Assembly: GCA_013265495.1 (NCBI GenBank)
Contig: MU059330.1
Coordinates: forward strand, 7,868,990-7,932,989
Length of the DNA stretch: 64,000 nt
Reading direction: 5' to 3'
Source of the DNA: Vicugna vicugna
Lineage: Eukaryota
Shown: piece by piece, positions 23,576 through 35,490 of the stretch
Layout: every line of letters starts with the position of its first letter
How positions within the stretch are numbered: position 1 is the stretch's first letter
Position numbers and translations under genes: made by a program
Notes under the pieces: model-generated
What the model saw: only the letters and a program-made list of their open reading frames with translations
Databases searched by the model: none
Told to the model about the DNA's origin: nothing

Positions 23576-24289
23576 TCTTCACTTAGGGAGTCGACCTGGA
23601 CATGATGTAGTTTGTATTGACGCAGTGGTCTTTGATCTTGTTCTCCTCCATTTCTTTGGAAATTGGTTTATACCCAGTGGTGGCAGTGGGGCCTTCAAAG
23701 TCTGGTTATGCGGGCTGGAGGGCCACGAAGGAAGCAGAGGGAAGTTGGATGTCCACGGGGGAAAAGCAGGCAGCCGTCTATTTGCTCTGACCAGCTTTGC
23801 TATGACATCCCTTTATCCAGTGTGTGTCCATGTGCCTGGAGGGGATGGACAGGGAAGACGAAGTTCCACCAAGGCAGCAAAGGGGCATCAAGCTCGTCTT
23901 ACTCCCTGGGGCTTGCCTGAACTGGAGCAAGGGGGAAAGCTAGGTGTGATGAAGCGTGGGAGAAACCCCCTTGGAAGTTGGGCAGTGTGGGCAGGGCTCT
24001 CCTGACCACCCACTGACTTCTCTGGATGCCCACAAAGGGGACGTAGGAGCTTCCAACTCAGAAATGGCCACTGAAGCCCAGGGGCCTCTCCCCTGTTTGT
24101 GGTGCAGAGCAGTGAGTCACACCACACACTCAGGCTGATGTAAGTCTCACGACGTGGCATCTGTCAGAAACGCTCAGATCCTCTGTCTGCAGTAGTTGAA
24201 TAGGGTCTCCTATACAGAACTTTATGACAGTGGACGAAGGGATATGTTGAGAACAACTAGGTCTGTATTCCGAAGTGAGATAGATGAAT

Positions 24290-24510
24290 AGAATAAATAT
24301 GTGATTTATGAGATAGCATAATATTATAATATGTAATATTTGTAATATATTAATAGCTATGCCATACACATATATACTACATATTATATTACATATATAG
24401 TATATGCAATATATAATATGTTAATGTGTTACATGTTACATGAATACACACATAATACAATGTTATTAATACATCTCTGCCATCTATACAGTATTATTTA
24501 TGATATAGGT
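24290..24510. repeat. AT-rich low-complexity tract (degenerate TA/TATG)
   Basis: Read directly. Confidence 0.85.
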
Positions 24511-24701
24511 GATTGCACATGGATTTATTTATTGAGACACATACAACCATGTGGTGGGATGATTTTTGGGTAGATCGTCACTTAACCCACTGCAGCCCCT
24601 CTTCCTGCAGAGGTATTTCCCCAAGAGATGAATTTTATCTCATTTATACATTCTTTCTTTTACTCAAGAAGCAAATCTTTTCAATAAGGTATCCTTCAGG
24701 C

Positions 24702-24885
24702 CAGTGGTTCTTGAACTGTGGCCCAGGACCGGCAGCGTGGGCCTCACCTGAGCACTTGTGAGAGATGCAGTTTCCAGGGCCCCGCACCAGCCCTGCTGGC
24801 TCAGGAAGGGATGCTGTGGTCCAGTGATCTGTGTCCCTGCAGGCCAGTTTGGGCATCCTGGGCATCTCAAGTTGGAGAACTTCTG
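24702..24885. mobile_element. MER5A hAT-Charlie MITE (GC-shifted copy)
   Basis: Termini cagtggttcttgaactgtgg and ttggagaacttctg; internal cacctgagcacttgtgagagatgcag. Confidence 0.8.
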
Positions 24886-25109
24886 CTGTGGAGCCAGGTG
24901 CTTTCAGAAGAAACTCGCTCTCTTCTCCAGGACTGTGTTCTGGTACCCTGGGAGATGTACAGTTTCCTGGTGCCAAGGGTTCAGCCCTGCCCTCCTCCCC
25001 CTCCTCCCATCCCAGGTGTGGAAGAGCTGTGAGTCCAGAGAAGCCCCAGCTCAGAACAGCTCCTCTGAGAGAAGCAGGGCTCTCAGCTGCTCAAATGCAC
25101 TTTAGGACG

Positions 25110-25524
25110 GTTGTGGGCTGAATCGTGCCCCTCCCCCATTCGTATATTGAACCATCACCTCAGAAAGTGCTCTTATTTGGAGAGAAGGTCATTGCAGATA
25201 TAACTGGTTAGGTGGAGGTCATACTAGAACAAGGTAGGTCCCTCATTCAGGGTGACTGCAGTCCCACAAAAAGGGAAATTTGGGCACAGACATACAGCCA
25301 GGGAAGACACAGTGTGAAGATGAAGGCAGAGACGGAATGCCAAAGATGGCCAACAAACTCCCAGGAAACAAGGAGAGAGGCTCTGTCACAGCCCCCGGCA
25401 GGAACCAGCCCTGCCAACACCGCCATCTTGGACTTCCAGCCTCCAGCTTGTGAGACAATACATTTCTGTGTTCAAGCCACCCAGTGTGGGGTCCTTTGTA
25501 TGGAAGCCCGAGAAAACTAAAACA
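25110..25524 (+). mobile_element. MaLR solo LTR, MLT1B-like
   Basis: gtgggctgaatcgtgcccc...aaggtcattgcagat...gtgaagatgaaggcagag...ttggacttccagcctccag...ctaaaaca. Confidence 0.9.
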
Positions 25525-28149
25525 GGAGCATTTAGGGTTACTTTTCTTTTGATCTGGCCTGAGTTCTGAACAATTAACTTCAAGAGAACTTTTTGAGCAC
25601 AACCCATTTGTCAGCTGGGAACTGCCTTACAGCTGAGCAAAAGCTCTCTGTCATGTTGACAATTATTTGGGACATGCAGTTCTCAGTTCCTAAGAGTGTT
25701 CAAGATGATATTTTTAGTGAATTTTAAGTGATCTTAATATCTTAAAGCAGGTTGTCAAAAGAATAATATTTTAGGTTTTATGGCACTTTTGACCTCCTTC
25801 TCCTCCTTTATCTTTAATTCCTCTTAGAATTGCCCTTTATAAATGTTTTTCCCTTAGGATTTTTCATTTGTTGGAGCTACAAATCAATACAATTAGAAAA
25901 GTCTTGGCTGAAAATAAAAGTAAATTAATGTATATGTTGAAGGAACATTTTGTGCAATTTTTCTCTTCCAATTAGCCCAATTAGTCAGTGACATCTAGGA
26001 TTGTCTTCCAGAAATAATTATGGGCCAAAAGTCCAGTTCTCAACTTTAATGAGTTGTTCCAAAAGAGCTGGTCTTCTTGCACAAATTGAGAAGTACGAGA
26101 TGTTCTGGGTAAGAATTCCAAGTGTTTATGCTCCTTCTTCCCCTTGCTCATTAATTTTTGTCAATTGAATTTAAGACTTTAAAAATTTTAAGGAAGTTAT
26201 TTTTCCCTGGTTATATGAAACTGCCAAAAAAGTTTACATAGTATATTTTGCCTGCAGTACCTTTCAATATTAACCGTAAACACACACACACATTCACATC
26301 TTTTAATTCATAAATGGGCAAGATTAGCAAACCCAAGAGGAAAGTGATGATCTCTACCACTGGCACCTGTTCAGTGTGTACCTCACTTCTCAGTCTGCTT
26401 CTGAGAATAAGAATGTATTTCACAACACAAAAACTTGGAACTAAGAAATGATGATTACGTTCTGCAGCCTGGTTTTTGGAGCTCGTCTTAATGAGGGAAA
26501 AGTACCGTGACGCATCTTCATAAAAAAGAGCTGCTTCCAAATGGTCACTAGGTGCCCGTCCCTTATCAGCCTGCAGGTGCCAACTGAAATCACTTTTTCT
26601 TTAATTCTCAAAGTGACGTGACTTCAAACCTCCCCTGCAGATCCCTGACCCCTTAAATGATTCCGTAGGTATTTGGAGGGATTTCTGTGTATTTGGGCTT
26701 TATGTGTTCAGCTCTCTCATGACCTTCACCTCCAGTCTCATCTTCTTGTCACCACCCCACAGCCCCTGCTGTCATTGGCCCTCATCGGGAGTCCCCACTG
26801 TTGGACACAGCCTCCCTCTTTTGGTGAAGGCTAAAGGGCCACTACTCTGGCCATAGGAAGGGACATCCTGGCCCCCTTTGCTGTTCTGTCTCTAACATAA
26901 ACAATCCTTTCCTTTAGAGTCCATAGCACAGTCAAAGTCAGGTTGCATCACTAAGGTTCTGTTGCATGTCTGTGGGTAACAGAAGGGAAGTACAATGGCA
27001 AGAATAGTTTATGACTGTTATGAGGCATGGTTTTCAGGAATCACTCCCTTTACCCATTATATCCACACATTTGACGTCCAACCATTACAAAGTCAAAGAG
27101 AAGACAGTGATCCCCTTTATCACAGACTAAGATCCATCACCAAAGTCTGTGTTCCGTGTTCCCAAAGGCACCTCTTCCCAGGGGGATGGATTCTGGGCAT
27201 ATACACTCACTCCAGGCCAAAGTGCTCACCTCTCACCCCAGGGGCTCCCAGGATGATCATGTCAGAAGATGATTCAACATCAAGATACTCTCCAGGGTCC
27301 AGGAGAGTCCACGCAAATAACCCCAGCGTGCATGTTAACAGCCCAGTGCAGCTTTAGTCTTGCTGGGTCAAGCGTACTTCTTTTTCTAGTCCGCATTGCA
27401 GCAGGAGGGGGAGATCTATGTCTCTGAGACTTTCCTGAAGCTCCAAGCCTCAAGTTTGGAGCCCAGTGAGTTACTGAGAAAGATGAACTTATACCCCCAA
27501 TGAGCCTTAGCTTATTCACACCAAGCCAAGAATCACTTCTTTCATCTTCCCCCTCTGCCCTCCCAAGAGCACAGTTCAAACACAGTCCTATATGGTTGGA
27601 TTTGTATTGGGTCACCTCACAGTTTTCTCCTGGAACAATGGGCAGGAACTCACTTTACATCCGTGGAGCTGGGAGGGTGCATCAAGAGACAGCGCTGCAG
27701 ATCCAGAGATTTAGAGTCCAGTTTCAGACAGGGCACCCTCATACACAAATATCCAGAGCTTGATTTCACAGGCTGTGTTGATCTTAACAAAAATCTTGTC
27801 AGGAGGCGAAAGGTTAATTTTCACTTTCACAAAGCTAAATGAAGAAGAGTTCATCTGAATCTGCAGTCGGCAAGGCCGTGCGTCAGGAGTTTCAGGGTGT
27901 ATGTTTGGACCTTGGATATGCTGTTCTCCACGATACCTCCCGGACAGTTTCATGTTCAAAAGTCCTAAATCCTAAAGAGGGTGACTAGTATACTGATTCT
28001 ATGTGTGAATACTGTTTTGTATTTCTTAACAAAGCTGATTTTTCTCCTAATTTTATATGTGTTGTACATACTTTCTCCCCAGAATAGTTTTATTTTGGGG
28101 AGGAGCACTCATTAATTACTATCTTGATGATTGTAGCAGGATCAAGGGA

Positions 28150-29150
28150 CTTCAGAGATGAGAGAGCCATGGTCCCCTCAATGGGTCATGGAATGATGGG
28201 AAAGCAGGTTCAAAAACAAACAATCATGACACAGTATAGACACTGTACTGGTGGAATTTATAAATACCTTGAAAACACAGCATATGGTGGAATTCTATTT
28301 GGCTAAGGTTCAGTGAAATCTAAAGGGAAGAAGTGTGTGTGTGTGTGTAATAGGAAGATGAGTAGGTCTTGCTAAGGTAGATTAACAGAGAAAGATTTTC
28401 TAAACATGGAAAGAATATGAGCAAAGCCCTGGAAATACCTGAGAAGGAACAGATTACCTGCTACAAGATTAGAAGACAGAGAGAGAATGAAGTTAAGTCT
28501 GGAAAGACAAACTAGGGTCAGTTTGTGAAGGGTCTTTCATCTTATGTTAAGGAGTTCCTGGCTTCTTCTATAGGCAGTGCAAATTCTCAGGTACCTATGA
28601 GCTGGTGTGGTCTATATTCTGTGGCCAACAGAATAGGTGCTTCTTTTCTCAGGGTGCAGGGATATGGCTGAGAAGGGGCTGCAGGAGGGGCCACCGAAAT
28701 GATTCTCTCTAAAAGACGAGGGAAAGGAATATTGGGTTTCCTTGTCAAAAGCTGGATGTGCTATACTGGGCTGAAAGCACCGGGGAGAGGGCTGGTTCTT
28801 GATGTAGATTTGGGAGTCATCAGAGTATAAGTGATGGACAAATGTATGTGTTGTTAGAAATGGGCTGGAAGAAATTCAAGGAATAGTAGTCTTTAGGAGG
28901 CAACTAGATGAATAACATCCATGGCAGAGACCAAAAAAGTACAGTTAGAGATGTAGGAAGAGAGTCAGTTAATTGTGATGTGATCAAATGGAAGAAGGGA
29001 GAGTTTCAAAAAGCAAGAAAGGATCAAATGTATAGGAGGTCCAGAAAAATAGTAGAAAATCATCCAAGGATTTAGCAATAAAGAGCAAGAAGAAGTTTCT
29101 TTGAGGTGGAATGATTTTGGAGGGGAGAGGGGGTTGCAGGGGCTGAGAAT
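28150..29150 (-). mobile_element. Fragmented L2
   Basis: Purine-rich diverged L2 blocks (gcaaagccctgga, agggtcagtttgtgaagggtc, tagatttgggagtcatcag, ccaaggatttagcaa). Confidence 0.6.
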
Positions 29151-29850
29151 GAAGGAGCAGGGGAACCCCTAGGTTCGAATGGAGACAATTATTCATAAAT
29201 ATTTAAGAGTGTGAATGACTATGTACACAAGGCTTCTTACATCTGTACTTATCCATTACTTCGAGCTAATTATGTGATCTGGGCAAAACAGATACCTCTG
29301 TTCCCCCTGTAAAGTGGCTTTCCTGTTGATGCTGGAATTTGCTGACCAGAAGAAGTAAGTGTCATGGTGAGTAAGGAATTCTCTTGTTGTGAATTAAGAA
29401 ATCCTCATTTTTATTTAGGTATCAGTCTCTCAGGAACGGCTGGAGCCAGTTCCCAGGAGACCTCTGTGTACCTGGCAGAGCCCAGGACCAAGTGCCCAGT
29501 GCTGCTCTCGTGGGAGACTGGGTCCTACCCAGTCCTCCCAGCAGCTTCTGAATCTCTCTTCCTTGCACATGAAACGCTTGTCAGTCCTTTTCGTGAAGGA
29601 TCTTGTGGGAAGAGTTTGAACCATTTGCATTTGTGGATTGTTGGCTTTTTTATTACCCGCATTCTGACTGTCTCCTGTTGCACAAGTAAGTGAGAAGAGC
29701 AGGTAACTTGGCAGCATTAGATACTGTTGTCTCTCCTGTGTTTCTGCGTCCTCTTCTGGTTTTGTTACTTTATGGTGGCATCTCATTATACCAAGACCTC
29801 CTCTAAGAAGTGACTTGTCATTAAAAAAATCATTTTAGCTGCAGCACATG

Positions 29851-29852
<2 letters not shown>

Positions 29853-29890
<38 letters not shown>

Positions 29891-29913
29891 TGTGTGTGTC
29901 TGTGTGTGTGTGT
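29853..29913. repeat. Compound (TG)n microsatellite with two TC interruptions
   Basis: Read directly. Confidence 0.98.
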
Positions 29914-30445
29914 AGGGTGGCTGTCACTGGTGGTACCTACATCTAACGTGGCCCTTCTCTTCCCCTCCCAGAAGTGTTGAGCGCAGGAGTCTCTTACCCT
30001 GAGCAAGTCCAGTTCCTACCACTCTCAATCAAACTTCCCTTTCTCATTTGACTTGAGGGGCTCTTGTGCCCTGAATGTAATTTTTTTGTTCAATAAGCCT
30101 GACTCATAAATCCACTAGGAGTTATTAATGTTCTTGTGACTTTAGCTCCAGAGAGTGGCTGTATCTTGACCTATGATTCAGTAGATACCTTTCAAAGAGT
30201 CGAACACTGGAATTGCAGAGACACGATATTTATATACTTTCCTTCACCCAAGATTTCAAGGACAAAGGAGAAGGTGAATGCATCCTGAAGGAAGTCTAAA
30301 GAACAAAGGATGTGAGTCATTTGAAGAGAATAAAGAGGCTATTGGGATATCATTCATAATTAATTTGGAGGACAATGGATATGAAACTGTTTTTGTCCAA
30401 TGTATTATTACATTTTTGTACTTTTGTATTAAGATACTTTTCAAT

Positions 30446-30899
30446 TGTGTTAGAGTTCTCCGGGATATATGTATGTACAGTATATAATATACCATATATA
30501 ATAATATAATATATATATACTGGGAGGTCCAAAATCTGCAGTTCAAATCTGAAGGCCATCAGACTAGAGCCCCAGAAAAAATCCTATGTTGTATTTCAAG
30601 CCCAAAGGCTGTCCTGCTGCAGGGAAAGAGCTGATTCTGCAGTTCAAGACTGAAGGCTGTCTGCTGGCAGAATTCCCTCTTATTCCGGGGAGGTCAATCT
30701 TTTGTTCACTTAAGACCTTCAACTGATTGGATGAACAGATGCCCCACATTATGGACGGCAGTCTGCTTTATTCGTAGTCCACCAACTTAAATGCAAATCT
30801 CATCCCAGAAACACCACTCCAGAAACACTCAGAATAGTATTGGATCATGTATCTGGGCACCAGGTCCAGCCAAATCGATACATAAAATGAACCCTCACA
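30446..30899 (-). mobile_element. MLT2 (ERVL) solo LTR
   Basis: tgtgttagagttctcc...tgaaggctgtctgctggcagaattccctctt...ttcaactgattggatg...cataaaatgaaccctcaca. Confidence 0.9.
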
Positions 30900-32819
30900 C
30901 TAACGCTCTCCTAAAGTGAGAAAGCATTTTGGTTGGAATTACATTGGTAGCAGCTTTTTCACTTTTGACAGGGTGGTTGACTTCTCCTGCGTAAATGGCA
31001 AAGAAGGGGCAGTCTCGGGAAGCCATATTTAGGTGGAATAGTGGGGAAGTGTTCCCTTCTGGTGAGTCAGTGGGGGAGTTTGAATCTTAGAACCTGTTTG
31101 ACTGCATTCAGTGTTAAGTTCATGAGCCCTACACGGCTACGTTTGTGTGTATGTCCAGCCTCAGGTAAACCTTCAGAAAACTTTGGCTTGAATGCAAGGA
31201 TGCTTATCGGAAAGAATGATCAGTTGGGTGACAATGCCATCTTATGTCAATTTGAATTTGAAACAGGATGTTCTAGAGTCTGTAACTTTCAACATTTTTA
31301 TATGTAGCTTGAATAAGAATAGGCAGGTGTGATTATTATGATTTTTGATGTCACAAATCTAGATTGGACAGTGGATAAGTCAGACCATAAACATAAGGAT
31401 CCAGGATCATGGGGTGAAGAGAAAAATGAAAAACTGAATCTAAGTAGAAACTTACAGGAGCACATTGGTGACCCTACTCTTGGCTTCTCGAGTACGTCTG
31501 CAAACTGTTGGAAAGCAGAGTCATGGCTTAGTCATAGGGTGCGTGTAACAGAGACTTAGGAGACCTGAGGTGAGAATGGATTTGATGAATTTCCTGAGGC
31601 CAACTGGATGTACTGAGAAGCTTGAGCGGAGTGTACTTGTCAAGTCAGCATCATCCACTGGCGGAGGGTATGATGCTCACCAGAAAGTCGCAAAACAGTC
31701 ACTGCTAGTCATAGTCTCACACAGCATTGCTGAAAGGGGCTTCCACGTAATAACTGCTGGAGTTGGGGTGCTCAGTGAGATATTTCCCTGTGATTTTTCT
31801 CATTACTGTCACATTATTTAGAAGACAAGCACTCAGAATCTGTTTCCACAGTGGGAGCCTTTAGAGTACAAATCCATTTATGATGGCAAATGTATCTCTA
31901 TTAGTATATTTTAGCTCAAGTCAATTATGTAAGTGCTTTGTAAGACTTTTATTTTGCCCAACGTTTCATCAGCATCAAGGATTTAAGAAGCTGTTTGATC
32001 TTTCCTTTTCTGAAACTCCTTTATAAGAGTGATGGGTTTACTAAAATTTACAGTGGAGCTAACCTGATTACTCTGAGCCATTTTAAGAGGATTAGACTAT
32101 TCAGGGGAGGATGGATTCTAATCCCATGACTAATGTTTTAGCCAATACAGCACAATGCTTTTTGATTATGAAAACTGGTTAGTAACCATTTCAGTATGCA
32201 CCATCCTGTTTTGCTTATGACAAGCAGTACTGAAATGTTTCTGTTGGAACTTGGTTATAGATTAGCTCCATATCCCGGAATTAATCACTGTGTGTGTAGT
32301 AGGGCAACCTGCCATGTTGCAGGGGGGACCTGGGGGTAAAGTTCTTGGCCTGTTGACAATTGCAGGCCACTCATTATGTGCAAGTGTTTCCCATTATTTA
32401 ATCAAGGTTGAACACAGAAGATGGAGTGGGGTGGCGGTGGGAATAATCATCTCAGAGGGATCTATTCTTTTCCAGGATAGAATTGTCTCCAGCTTGAGGT
32501 TTCTAAATGTTTTTTTTGCCTAAAAGAAAATAGCTTACTTGTGTTATTATTGTCACTGCGCTAAAACTTACCATGGATGTGAGCTTTAGGAAAGTGGTTA
32601 ATTAACCAACTTCGTAAGTGTAAAGGGATATCTTACAGATTTAGTAACCATATTTTTGGATCCAAAGGCTCTTGGTCTGATAAAATAAAACTCAGGGATA
32701 CTTTTGTACTAAAGGAAATCTGGAAATGCGGCTTAGTTACCAAAATAGCAGATTTTCTGAGAGATGTTGAGTTTATGGAGACAGCAGAATAGAATATTTG
32801 AAACTGGGACTATATTAGT

Positions 32820-34215
32820 CAAACTAAACTCATGCTCTACCCTGACTCTCCACCCCCACCTTGTCCCCTAATTGGACAAGTTCAAAGCACCACCAGGTAG
32901 CTCAAGCTAGAAAATGAGGCACCACCCGCGACATCTCCCCCTTGTAGAGCTCCTCTATCCAGTCAGCTACCAAGTCGACTGAAAATACCTCCACCTCTGC
33001 ACCACCATCTTTTAAAAAAGTTTTTTTTTATTAATAGATTTTCCTTTTTAGAGCAGTTTTAGGTTTACAGAAAAATTAGGCAAAAAGTATGGAGAATTTC
33101 CCTAGTCTCCCCCCTCTTCCCTATTCTTAACCTCTTGCATCAGTGTGGTACATTTGTTACAGCAGATGAGCCAATATTGAAAAATTAACTGAAATCCATT
33201 GTTTACATTAGAGATCACTCTTTTTGTTGTTCAGTTCTATGGGCTTGGACAAATATATAATGACGTGTATCCACCATAACAGTATCCTGTAGAATAGCTT
33301 CACTGCCCTAAAATTCCCCTGTACTCCACCTATTCATTTTTTACCTCACTCTCCCCAGTCTCCTAGAAACCACTGATCTTCTCATGTCTCCAGTTTTGTC
33401 TTTTCCATAATGTCATATAGATGGAATCTCACAGTATGTAAGTTTTTCAGATTGGCTTCTTTCACTTAGCAGTATGCATTTATAGTTCCTCCATGTCTTT
33501 TCAGGACTTGATAGTCATTACTTTTCATCCCACTGTCTGGATTCCTACAGTTTGTTTAGCCATCCATCCATTGAAGGACATCTTAGTTGCTTCCAAGTTT
33601 TGGCAATTATGAATAAAACTTTTATAAACATCCATCACACCACTATCTTGGGTGAAGCCACAATCACATCTATGTGGACTATAGAACTAGCCGTCAAATT
33701 TGCCTCCCAAATTCCTCTTAGCTCCCTTCCACTCACTCTGTACATGGCAGAAGAATTCTGTTTTTAAATCATAAACGATCATGTTGTCCTGCCATCTCCC
33801 ATTCTCTGGGTGCCATGCAACCCTTCATTCAGTTACTTTAACCAAGGCTTCCCACCTTGGAGCTTGCATGCACATTTCCTCTGCTTGGATCCTCCTCCTC
33901 CCGCTTCCACCTCCCCAGTCTTTACCTCCCTGCCACCTAGTGATGCTTGAGCTCTCACAGTGATGGTAGATGCCCAGGCCTGTCTGGGTTGGGTCTCCCT
34001 ACCATCTGCTCACACAGCACCCAGTAACTCACACACTGTTGCACCACTGTGATGAAATAAAGAACTTTTAGTTGGCTTCTTTCATATGCTAGCCTGTAAG
34101 CTTCCCTGGGGGCAGACACTTTGTCCACTATGATATCTCTATATCAGAGCTTCACTGGGAGCCCACCGTATTGCAGGGACTTATTACATATTTGTTGAAT
34201 AGAAAAATAAATGAG
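32820..34215 (+). mobile_element. L2 3' end, split by an L1M insertion
   Basis: agctcaagctagaaaatgaggc..ccagtcagctaccaagtc before the L1; after it, tgtaagcttccctgggggcagacac...atatttgttgaat. Confidence 0.65.
33015..33635 (-). mobile_element. L1MB/L1MC-type 3' end
   Basis: ttttagagcagttttaggtttacagaaaaatt, tggtacatttgttac, tcagattggcttctttcacttagc, gttgcttccaagttttggcaattatgaataaa. Confidence 0.9.
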
Positions 34216-34290
34216 AACCTGAGATGTGTGGTCACTGTGCCTGGGGGAGTGCTTATATGTGCTTGAAAGATCAGGAACCAAGAATATATG

Positions 34291-35107
34291 TGTAGTTTAT
34301 GGCAGCATAATGGGAGTAAATATTAGCCCAACATGTTCCATCTCTTCCATTATCCATCCTCCCGTCTGGTACAGTCATTCCCTAAGGAAGTGGGTGTTAA
34401 GAGCAGAGAGTGGAGAAAGGCCGGTGGGTCTCTTTCTGGCTTGTGGGTTATGAAAACTGAGTGTGAAAACCAGATAAAGAATGTATCTGGTCCTTGTTCC
34501 CAGCTTCTAGCACAGAACTTCAAAACCCTAGGCATTCTCTGAGTGATGGGAGTGTCTTTTATTAATGAACGCTTTCAAACACACCTGAATTTATGCTAAT
34601 GAGGTGACTCAAGATATGGGCCCTTAGATATGAGAGAGGGGCTAGTCACATGGCCAATGACATAATAAGACCCCTATAAAAGTCTAGACACCCAAAGTTG
34701 GAAAAGCATCCTATTTGATCACCAGGTTGATATGCCAGGAAGGTGATGTGTCTGGACTCCACAGAGACAGGGTGTGGGACCTGGCCTTGTGCGTCTCTGA
34801 CATCTGGCTTTTCCTGAGTTATGTCCTTTGTAATAAAAGTTTGATAGTAAGTGCAGCGGTCTCGTGAGTATATGACTTGTTCTAGTGAATTATTAAAACC
34901 GAGGGGGTCACGAGGGACTTCTGAACTTAAAGCCATTGGGCAGGAGTGGAGGTCGCCTTCAAGATTTGTGGCTGGGATATGAAGTTGGGATGGTCTTGTG
35001 GAGGACTTTGTCCTTAACCTGTGGGCTCCGCGCCAACTCTGAGGAGTTAGTGTCAGAACTGAGTGGAATCGCAGGACACCCAGTGGATATCAGAGAACTG
35101 GTGTCAG
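34291..35107 (+). mobile_element. MER21-group ERVL solo LTR
   Basis: tatgctaatgaggtgactc, ctagtgaattattaaaaccgagggg, ggtcttgtggaggactttgtccttaacctgtggg, ggtgtcag end. Confidence 0.82.
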
Positions 35108-35394
35108 GACAATGAGGGAGGAGGCTCTGGGCACTGACCCCAGCAGAGTGCCCATCCTTTCAGACCAGGACAACTGCCTTGGGGAAGCAATTGGGCACAG
35201 ATGTTGGTGGACCCCTGAAAAGGGGGCCCCAGGGCCCTACCTTCCCACAAGTGCCACTGAAGGCAGAACTTCTGACGGTTTTGTGGTATGAGAGCAGAGA
35301 AGCCCTGTGCCCCCAGAAAGCAAGGTCCCAGAGGGGAATCAACTGTCCTTGGGACCCTGCTGAAATTCCGTGGGTTTTAGCTTAGGTGGCAGCA

Positions 35395-35490
35395 GCTGAC
35401 TGCGCCTGAGCCGCACAGGGGCGCAGAGGCAGCAGGAAAAGAGGCGGCGAGCCAGCGAGGGGGCTGGTCAGGTCAGGAGGGGCGGGTGAG
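35395..35490. promoter_or_regulatory. Short CpG-rich patch with GC box; candidate promoter
   Basis: 7 CpG in ~95 bp, GGGGCGGG at ~35479-35486, non-repeat sequence. Confidence 0.35.

Noticed and set aside
26995-27357. 120-aa ATG ORF with good Kozak context
   Set aside because: No recognisable domain or homology; ORFs of this length arise by chance in 64 kb.
32085-32125. Paired GGATTA/TAATCC (OTX/CRX/PITX-type) sites
   Set aside because: A pair of 6-mers this close is at chance frequency for the window.
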